Origin: Candidatus Methanoxibalbensis ujae
GTDB lineage: Archaea; Halobacteriota; Syntropharchaeia; Alkanophagales; Methanospirareceae
Direction: 5' to 3'
Assembly: GCA_026134085.1 (NCBI GenBank)
Contig: JAOQIN010000013.1
Span: 1 to 42,569 of the forward strand
DNA: 42,569 nucleotides
The translations under genes and the position numbers were made by a program. Of this stretch, positions 9,987-17,259 are shown piece after piece (within the stretch, counting starts at the first letter, position 1; each line of letters begins with the position of its first letter). Under the pieces are notes generated by a model, which was not told where the DNA came from, did not search any database, and was given only the letters and a program-made list of their open reading frames with translations.

Positions 9987-10133
9987 GTAAAAAGTGCCAC
10001 AAATGTCATGTTTCGCCAGCAGATTGAGCAGACGAGGTAGCCCCTCCTCATGAACCTCTCCCACAACAGCAGGATCTTCTCTGTTGAGAGAAATTGAAAA
10101 ACTCTCAACGTCTACTGTCATGAGAAAATACAT
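9987..10133 (-). pseudogene. N-terminal part of the IS-interrupted polysaccharide deacetylase
   Basis: MYFLMTVDVE...GLPRLLNLLAKHDICGTFY ends exactly at the TTAC target. Confidence 0.85.
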
Positions 10134-10187
10134 TTTTTGCTCATCTCTTTCAGGGCACTCTGAGCCGCTCCGAGAGGTGAATTTCTG

Positions 10188-10532
10188 TCATTGAGTTCCA
10201 AGCCACATTATGAAGTCAGGGTCTTTAAGCCATTTTTTGAGGGAGTCTGTCCATAAACGACATTTTTCAAACATATCAATTGCTCTTTCAAATCCTCTTC
10301 TGAATGCTCTAAGTCCGGGAGTCTCCGTCAGCTTTCTCATCATATCATACAGATTCTCAACAATCACAGGGCTCACTATTATCCGCCTTATTCTCGCATA
10401 TGAAAGCGCTGCGATGAACATGGCACGCTCAATCCTGCTCAACCTGCGCCAGTTCCTGTTCCTGAGTCCCTTTCGGAACACAGAGAGCAAATGCTCGTAT
10501 CTGAGCATCATATAATGGTGGGCGCTCTCCAT
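10188..10532 (-). CDS. Small basic hypothetical protein (114 aa)
   Basis: Clean ORF with ATG, divergent from artC across a 76-nt AT-rich spacer, co-oriented with the glycan operon. Arg-rich and helical-looking. Confidence 0.6.
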   Translation of the reverse strand: MESAHHYMMLRYEHLLSVFRKGLRNRNWRRLSRIERAMFIAALSYARIRRIIVSPVIVENLYDMMRKLTETPGLRAFRRGFERAIDMFEKCRLWTDSLKKWLKDPDFIMWLGTQ

Positions 10533-10608
10533 TTAAATACTTTTATGTGCAATTGACATATGTCAAAATTCCGAAACCCTAAAAAATAGGTTTTTCATAT
10601 GAAAATAT

Positions 10609-11460
10609 ATGCTGCTGGAGTATCGCAACATCATTGTGTTTCTTCTTATATTTGCGCTGTTTCTCGGTGCGACGATCGAGATGAGCGAAGGCTCTGTTTT
10701 GGTGGGCATAATTCTGTTTGCGATAGCTGTTCTTCTGATTTCACGCGTGAAAATAGGAGAATCATATGCGATAAAGCATTCAAAATTCAGAATATTCATC
10801 GGTGCAGTAATCATTGCATGCGACATCTTATACAATATCACAGTGAGCTGGGAGCTCGGCACGCTTGACATAATGACTTTCCTTCTCGGCGCATCGCTCA
10901 TCGCATCCGCTGTTGATAAAAATGAGATAAGCAGAATTGGCAAGTTCGGCACATACATGTCGGCGACATTTATCGTGCTGTTCCTGATATTCTTCAGTCT
11001 GTTCAATTATCTTGAAATTGATTTCACACATAAGTTCGATCATTATTTCGTGATGATGCCTTCAATCATAATTATAAATGCGCTTGGACTGCCGATTGAG
11101 GTGATAGGCATTGAAACAGTTCGTATAAAGGGGGTTGTTGAGGATATGAATGTCATCATAGGCGGTCCCTGCTCGGGGTTATATTCAATGTTTCTCCTGA
11201 TAGGCATTATTGTCGCTTACAAGCACATTGAGAACATAGAAAAGAAGCGTTTTTTCACACTTCTGCCCGCATCAATTGCCATTGCATACACAGCAAATCT
11301 GACCCGCGTGACCACGCTGTATGTCGTCGGATATTATTTTGGGAAGGATCTCATGTATATGGTGCATGTCCATCTGGGCTGGATAATATTTGTTGTGGTT
11401 GTCGCTGCGCTTCTGCATGTGCTTGAGAAGATGTCAGCTTCTGCTGTCAGGCATGATTAG
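10609..11460 (+). CDS. artC: Archaeosortase, most likely archaeosortase C
   Basis: Multi-pass membrane protein with exosortase catalytic residues: GPCSGLYS (Cys), NLTRV (Arg), HVHLGW (His). Confidence 0.75.
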   Translation: MLLEYRNIIVFLLIFALFLGATIEMSEGSVLVGIILFAIAVLLISRVKIGESYAIKHSKFRIFIGAVIIACDILYNITVSWELGTLDIMTFLLGASLIASAVDKNEISRIGKFGTYMSATFIVLFLIFFSLFNYLEIDFTHKFDHYFVMMPSIIIINALGLPIEVIGIETVRIKGVVEDMNVIIGGPCSGLYSMFLLIGIIVAYKHIENIEKKRFFTLLPASIAIAYTANLTRVTTLYVVGYYFGKDLMYMVHVHLGWIIFVVVVAALLHVLEKMSASAVRHD

Positions 11461-12849
11461 GTGAGCGGGCCGCAGCGGAGGGGGATTTGCATCCGCATTA
11501 CGCGCATTCCTCCTGAGAACAAGCACCGCAAAAATGTAGAATGTGACAAGTGCGAACATGTATGCGATGAATATCGCCGCACTCCTCTTGAAATCAAAAT
11601 CCTTCCTGTTGAAGGTGTCCATCACGATCAACATGAAAAGCACCAGCATATAAGATATGAAGCTGTAAAAGAAATGTTTCGCGATTCTCAAACCACCTCT
11701 CTCCTTTCTTCGCCTCATGTTTTTACTGTTTTCGCCTGAAAGTGCAACCGCTTCCTCCTCATCTGCGCTCCTGCCTGTTTTTACTTCTTTTGTTTTCACT
11801 TCTTTTTCTTGAGATAACAGCGATCTTCGTGCGTATGTGGGAGGATGCGTGTTGAAAATCGTGTAGTAGGATGGCAGATGCCAGTCCAGCAGGATGACTG
11901 TCTCCGTTCTCAGGGGATTTATGAAGAACATATGAGCATGCGCTGGATTGATTATTTCAACGACTTTCTCCGCTGTCTGTGGTACGGATGATGTTATTGC
12001 ATGCTCAATCTTTTCCATCGCGCTTATGAGATCGCGAGCATCGCCGCCGAGCATGTGCACGCCCTCCACATCCGCCAGATACTCCCGCATCGCCGGCACG
12101 AAGAGATGAATCAGGACTGATGCTGGAATTGAAACAAGCGAAAGCACGAAGAGCCGAATCGCATTCGGCGCGGGGTCATCCTCGCATCCTGTGCCTGTAA
12201 AAATTGAAATCCAGAATGCCAGAGTCGCAAGCGCTGTCAGCATGCCCGCAGAAACCGCAATCATCGTGCTTATGAGAAGTTCCCTGCTCCTGCGTATATG
12301 CGCGAGCTCATGCGCTATGACCGCTTTCAACTCGTTTTCATCAAGCAGCTCAAGCAATGCAGGCGTCATCACAATTGATGCATGCTCCGCATCCCTTCCC
12401 GCTGAGAACACATTCGGTATCGCCGCACATCCGCAATCCACACAGCATTTTTCGCAGCAATCACTGCGACCTGCGCCAGCACCTCCGCCGCAACTGTCGC
12501 GAGCACCCCTATTTGAGGATCGTGATGACGATTTTTCATGCGCTGAAGTGGATTCAGCGATTACATACAATTTCGGCGTTTTTATTCCTGCTTTCATCGC
12601 CAGCTCGCTGACTATCCTCTTCAAATGCTCATCATTCAACTCCTTCGCACGATACCACCGCAGCAGTATCCTGTCGCTGAAAAAGTGAAGGATCACAGAT
12701 AACAACAGCGCAAAGATGAGCGAGAGCACGAGCATCGGTATTCTCGCATCCGCAATCGCACCGAGTATAAGACCTCCCAAAATCAGAGGAAGTGCAAGCA
12801 GTATCCTGAGCAACATCAGTCTCTTTGACCCTGCGCTGCCACTCACCAT
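11434..12849 (-). CDS. htpX: HtpX-like M48 zinc metalloprotease with a Cys/Gly/Ser-rich insert and a C-terminal membrane extension
   Basis: PKLYVI...PNVF, ELKAVIAHELAH, REYLAD and THPP motifs. Confidence 0.8.
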   Translation of the reverse strand: MVSGSAGSKRLMLLRILLALPLILGGLILGAIADARIPMLVLSLIFALLLSVILHFFSDRILLRWYRAKELNDEHLKRIVSELAMKAGIKTPKLYVIAESTSAHEKSSSRSSNRGARDSCGGGAGAGRSDCCEKCCVDCGCAAIPNVFSAGRDAEHASIVMTPALLELLDENELKAVIAHELAHIRRSRELLISTMIAVSAGMLTALATLAFWISIFTGTGCEDDPAPNAIRLFVLSLVSIPASVLIHLFVPAMREYLADVEGVHMLGGDARDLISAMEKIEHAITSSVPQTAEKVVEIINPAHAHMFFINPLRTETVILLDWHLPSYYTIFNTHPPTYARRSLLSQEKEVKTKEVKTGRSADEEEAVALSGENSKNMRRRKERGGLRIAKHFFYSFISYMLVLFMLIVMDTFNRKDFDFKRSAAIFIAYMFALVTFYIFAVLVLRRNARNADANPPPLRPAHLIMPDSRS

Positions 12850-13054
12850 ACTTTAAGTATTTTCTTATGCCGTTATATCAATCGTATTTTTAAGTTGAAT
12901 TGGAATAACGATTGAAATTATTAAATAACAATGCAAAAAATTATAAAAACAAAAAATAATAAAACAAATTCGCAAAATTCCGTATTCCTTTTCCTGCCGC
13001 GCTCTTGCCGACGAGTGTCTGGCTCAAGCATGTGCTCAGGCAGAATCACATCAT

Positions 13055-14386
13055 TCAAATAAAATGCAATATTGTATCAAATATCTGACTGAACACATGA
13101 TGTATATCCACATTAAGCACATTTAAAACGACGAAAAAACCTATAAAGCTGCCTATCATGCTGCCTATATTCGCGAGTGCAGCTACAAGAATCACTCTGA
13201 ACATTTTATTGTTCATCAAATCGCTGAATTTTTCAGCTTTAAACATTTTTTTTAAATCTTCAGCGCTTGGTTTTCTGATTTTCGCCTCCTCTATGCCTGC
13301 GAACCATCCAGCCGCTATCAGAGGATTGAGGGAGGTCAGCCATGCGACAGCGAACGCTACAACTCCCGAAAGAGGATGTCCCCTTGCTATCATCACGCCA
13401 GCGCATGAAAGAGAGCCGTTTATCAAAAACCACCAGAAAAGAGCGGTGAGGAATGTGTGAACGGGCACTCCTGAAAAAATGCAGCCTATGACAAGCAGCA
13501 GAGCAACTGAAATCAGCCCTGCACCGAGAAGAAAGTTCAGCGAGAACATTTTTTTTGCCGGAAGCCTGCAGAGCTCGGATATATCTGGCAGTGTATGAGG
13601 ATTCCTCAGATATTTCAGAATACCTTCTCTGTGACCTGCACCGACTACTGCAACGATCTTTCCCGAGCTGCGCTCATCGGTGAGGGATGTGGGCGATGAT
13701 GTCCGGTGTGCTGTTGGTGCTATGCTTTTTAATGATTTTGCGAGTGATATGAGTTTTGCTGCGATATACGCATCACGCTCGTCAAGCAGTGCTGCTGCGG
13801 CACCCGGAGAGAATTTCCTGAACTCCATAAGCAGTTGCGTGACGACATCCTCATCGGTCAGCTTATCAAGCGAGCCATCTGTCAGCATTCTGCTGCTGTC
13901 TTTATGATCTTCATCATTTTTCAGTTTTCGCATGCTGAATATTGCTGATATAAGAGAAAAAAGCATTTTCACCTTCTCAAAGAAACGCATCTTATTCCAG
14001 AATCTTTGCATTGTTATCTGTATTGGACGATCAACAAGTGCGAAAGGAATTCCCTTTTTTTCTGCCTTTTCTATCGCAGCCATCATATCAGCGCCGGGCT
14101 CCACACCGAGTTCACTGCCCATTCTCCGCTGTATGTAAGCGAGCAGCCACTGTGTGAGCAGCAGGAATGGATTTCCGCCGCTCAGCGCATCTTTTACGGA
14201 GAAGTCCTCATAAATTTCGCCTTTCAGCGCTCTGTATCTGTGCTCACACAGCTCAACTGCGATTATATCCGGATTTTCACGCTCAATTACTTCCTCCACT
14301 TCCCTGACGCTTTTCTCAAGTATGTGTCCTGTGCCCACTAATATGATCTCCACGCCGTTCACTGAGACCTTTCTCACACTTTCCAT
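13055..14386 (-). CDS. TraB/PrgY/GumN family protein
   Basis: LVGTGH, AVELC..R, PGADM, LVDRPIQIT, DERD and VVGAGH motifs, followed by C-terminal TM helices. Confidence 0.9.
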   Translation of the reverse strand: MESVRKVSVNGVEIILVGTGHILEKSVREVEEVIERENPDIIAVELCEHRYRALKGEIYEDFSVKDALSGGNPFLLLTQWLLAYIQRRMGSELGVEPGADMMAAIEKAEKKGIPFALVDRPIQITMQRFWNKMRFFEKVKMLFSLISAIFSMRKLKNDEDHKDSSRMLTDGSLDKLTDEDVVTQLLMEFRKFSPGAAAALLDERDAYIAAKLISLAKSLKSIAPTAHRTSSPTSLTDERSSGKIVAVVGAGHREGILKYLRNPHTLPDISELCRLPAKKMFSLNFLLGAGLISVALLLVIGCIFSGVPVHTFLTALFWWFLINGSLSCAGVMIARGHPLSGVVAFAVAWLTSLNPLIAAGWFAGIEEAKIRKPSAEDLKKMFKAEKFSDLMNNKMFRVILVAALANIGSMIGSFIGFFVVLNVLNVDIHHVFSQIFDTILHFI

Positions 14387-14417
14387 TCCTTCTCTTTCAC
14401 TTTTCTTTCACTTTTTT

Positions 14418-15503
14418 TCACTTATACCTGAGGATAGCTGCAATGCCTCTGAAAGCACGCTCAAGCTGAGCACCCTCCTCAAAATCCGAAGAGATGAGTA
14501 TGACCTCAGTTCCCTTCTCAGCTGCGAGCTCGGCAAGCATGTTTATCCTATCAGCAGGCAGATTTTCAGAGAGCAGCAACACATCAACAGCACCCTCACT
14601 CAGCTTCTTCTTCACCTCTTCCTCACCATACGAAACAAGATCAGGATCATTTACAAGCAGCTTCATGAATCTCTCCATAATCCTTTTCTCCTTTATCAGA
14701 TCAAGACCCTCAAGCACATCTTCAGCCTTGTCAACAAGCTCATAAAGACCGGATTCATCTGTGTAAGCAACATCAAAAACCCCTATTATCCTGCGACGAA
14801 GCTCATAATGAAGATAATCTCCGCTCAGAAATTCCTCCTTGGTCGGGCTGGGCCCTCCTATCAGAATGCCTTTGAGGTCCTTCACCGGAAGAAGTATTTC
14901 CGTTGCATGCTTTCCGATGCGCTGATAGAACTCATCAATCGCTATTTCTCGCAGCCTCTGAAATCGTGGTGCTGACTGCCCCCCTTTCTTGTGTTTGCCG
15001 GGGACAGATGAAGTTATGTGCCTCTGTGGCTCTATCCTCTTTCCTCTGAGTATGCCTATGGTCGCCTCTCTCTTGTCAAGCACGATCAGTCCAAATGTCT
15101 CTTTCTCCTCAATCATGTCCTCAAGCGGGCTGAGAAGGAACGATGAGTCGCAGTGATATATGTAGGATGGTATTTTCTCAGGCGGCTCAACGATGTATGT
15201 CTCTATTTCCGTCTTGTCGCCTCCTTTCGCCACTGCTCCACAGAATATGACGACGCCTTTTTCCCCTATGTGAATATATCGCAGCTTTGACAGTATTGAC
15301 TCAAGTGCTGAATGCACATTTTTGCGTGTTGACTTGCTCTTTATGTTCATTGCCTGCCCCTGCTCAGCTCTAAGATGCGCCATAACATCTGAAATGTCTC
15401 TGTCTGGCGGTATATACACTGATATCAGCTCCGTTCCCCTGCCACTTTTCTTTCGCAGTTCGTCAAGCAGTCGCTTGAACTCCCTCTTCCTCAGTGGATC
15501 CAT
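14418..15503 (-). CDS. prf1: Peptide chain release factor aRF1
   Basis: GRGTELIS.YIPP, NIKS, YHCDS.F, GGQS..RF and GIAAILRY motifs. Start set at MDPLRKREFK (15503), which matches typical aRF1 N-termini. Confidence 0.95.
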   Translation of the reverse strand: MDPLRKREFKRLLDELRKKSGRGTELISVYIPPDRDISDVMAHLRAEQGQAMNIKSKSTRKNVHSALESILSKLRYIHIGEKGVVIFCGAVAKGGDKTEIETYIVEPPEKIPSYIYHCDSSFLLSPLEDMIEEKETFGLIVLDKREATIGILRGKRIEPQRHITSSVPGKHKKGGQSAPRFQRLREIAIDEFYQRIGKHATEILLPVKDLKGILIGGPSPTKEEFLSGDYLHYELRRRIIGVFDVAYTDESGLYELVDKAEDVLEGLDLIKEKRIMERFMKLLVNDPDLVSYGEEEVKKKLSEGAVDVLLLSENLPADRINMLAELAAEKGTEVILISSDFEEGAQLERAFRGIAAILRYK

Positions 15504-15505
15504 AA

Positions 15506-15576
15506 TGCGGCAACCGGGATTCGAACCCGGGCTGCGGGCTTGGGGGGCCCGCGTCATACCGCTAGACCATTGCCGC
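15506..15576 (-). tRNA. tRNA-Gly(CCC), no encoded CCA, atypical C33
   Basis: Cloverleaf: acceptor GCGGCAA/TTGCCGC plus A73, D-arm GTCTAGCGGTATGAC, anticodon stem CGGGC/GCCCG with loop CCCCCAA, 4-nt variable loop, T-arm CCGGG-TTCGAAT-CCCGG. Confidence 0.92.
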
Positions 15577-15843
15577 ACGATATCTGCTCTCAAATTCCTC
15601 AAAATCCGACTTCAAAGCAGATGCTGCGGAAATCAGCACATCAATCACATCAGTTTCATCATCTCTCAACTTCACAAAAAGCACGGGATCGCTCAATATC
15701 GGATGTTTCATGTTGTATGTCGCCATCTCAACACGCTCATCCTCAAGAAGCTTCGCAACTAACGGCACCAAAAATGTGTGCGTCTCCCCTTTTATCTCGA
15801 GCTTTATCATCCCTTTCCCGCGCTCCAACACCTTAAGATGCAT
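15562..15843 (-). CDS. rpoL: DNA-directed RNA polymerase subunit L (Rpo11)
   Basis: EIKGETHTF...L.ED..V..ATY.MKHP...P.LFVK motif, located downstream of csl4. Its stop codon lies inside the tRNA-Gly gene. Confidence 0.92.
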   Translation of the reverse strand: MHLKVLERGKGMIKLEIKGETHTFLVPLVAKLLEDERVEMATYNMKHPILSDPVLFVKLRDDETDVIDVLISAASALKSDFEEFESRYRAAMV

Positions 15844-15942
15844 CCTTCCTCTCACCTCATCCTCCTCTCTCCGCTCACCTCATCCTTCTCTCTCTGCGAA
15901 CCCGGCGCATTATTTTTCATTTGTTCATACTTCATTCAAACC

Positions 15943-16506
15943 TCAAACAGGATAATAATCCTCAGACAATTTTCTGAGCTCTATTCTACCACACTCATCG
16001 CAGACAAGCACATTTCCCTTTCTTCTCAATACCCCTCTGCATGAAGAGCACACCGCTTTTATCACACCGAGTTTCGGTTCAGCTGTGCTCAATCGCAGCG
16101 CCTTCGCATCTATGACACGTGCCTTCACAATATCCAATATTCCGAACTCCTGCTTCAAATCCTTCACGAACCCACGCTTTATGTTTGATATGTGTATCAC
16201 ACCTGGAAGCGATACTGCAAGATTTCTGTCCTCATGACCCACAATATATGCGATGTTCATGATGACAAGCGACTCCTTTATGTCTTCAACCCTGCCCACC
16301 ACAACATCTCCCCGCTCCGGTATAGGCGGCGTATCAACAACAGGCACAACCTCTATCTCACGCTGCCTGCTGACACGCACCCTCCCTGTGAGCGATGCAT
16401 ATATGTTGCCTTTGTCGTCATATACGCCTCTGCCCGGCGTAAATTCTTCCGTAGTGCCGAGAAAATCTCCAGGAACCACTATCTTTCCCGTCCTCGTAAC
16501 TGCCAT
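15943..16506 (-). CDS. csl4: Exosome complex RNA-binding protein Csl4
   Basis: VVPGDFLGTTEEF.PG.G, S1 domain (IHISNI), LGVIKAVCSSC...CDECG..E.RKLS zinc ribbon. Confidence 0.93.
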   Translation of the reverse strand: MAVTRTGKIVVPGDFLGTTEEFTPGRGVYDDKGNIYASLTGRVRVSRQREIEVVPVVDTPPIPERGDVVVGRVEDIKESLVIMNIAYIVGHEDRNLAVSLPGVIHISNIKRGFVKDLKQEFGILDIVKARVIDAKALRLSTAEPKLGVIKAVCSSCRGVLRRKGNVLVCDECGRIELRKLSEDYYPV

Positions 16507-16814
16507 CTCCTCTCACCTTCCGCGCTCGTCGCGCCACACTCATCGCTTCTCCAACATATTCCTTAGCCCGCATCACATAAAATCGTTATCAGATGCTTTA
16601 AATAAAACTGAAAAATAAGCGGTAACTGATGCGGTGGGAAGCCATTCATCATCAAAGCCATTCATCATCATTTCGAGCAACAGACAGCCACGCTTAACAG
16701 TGAAAACAATGGGATCATGCCGTATCTTAAACGCATTTGAATTACAAAAACAATTATATCTCCGCATTGGAATGATTTGACGGCTTCAAACCCGCTGTGC
16801 GTGGGCATGCAGCA

Positions 16815-16858
16815 TTGCCTGTTCATGGCTCACAGCTTGCCTGTTCATGGCTCACAGC
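16815..16858. repeat. Perfect 22-bp tandem duplication (ttgcctgttcatggctcacagc x2) in the csl4-lonB intergenic region
   Basis: Read directly from the sequence. Confidence 0.9.
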
Positions 16859-17259
16859 ATGCGAAGTGCATGCGAGCTGGAACTTGCCTTTCATTCTTGC
16901 TACCTTGCTATTTTTAAATTATAAATATAATAAGAGAGACCTCTTCATGTGGCGTTTGAGAATATTAAATCCGACAAACAATTCATCGCACTGCGGATAA
17001 ATCTCAATTGGCTTCATTATCAGATACAGTGTATCAGCACACATTCTGAGATTTGATCATTTTTCTCTTTTGATCTTATTATTAATGATCTCTGCCATTC
17101 ATAATTATTCTCCGTCTGTTTTTGCACATTTTTACACATCATGATGGTTCACTCATCAGTGTGATGGAAATGTGATGGAGGAGGAGTGAGAGAGGATCGG
17201 GTGAGAGAGGATTTGAGTAAAAGATAATAGAAACAAGTGCCTCTTATAAAATATAGCAA

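Noticed and set aside
15504..15602. 33-aa N-terminal extension of aRF1 in the ORF track (MRNLRADIV...)
   Set aside because: It is the tRNA-Gly gene and the rpoL 3' end read in another frame. aRF1 homology starts at MDPLRK.
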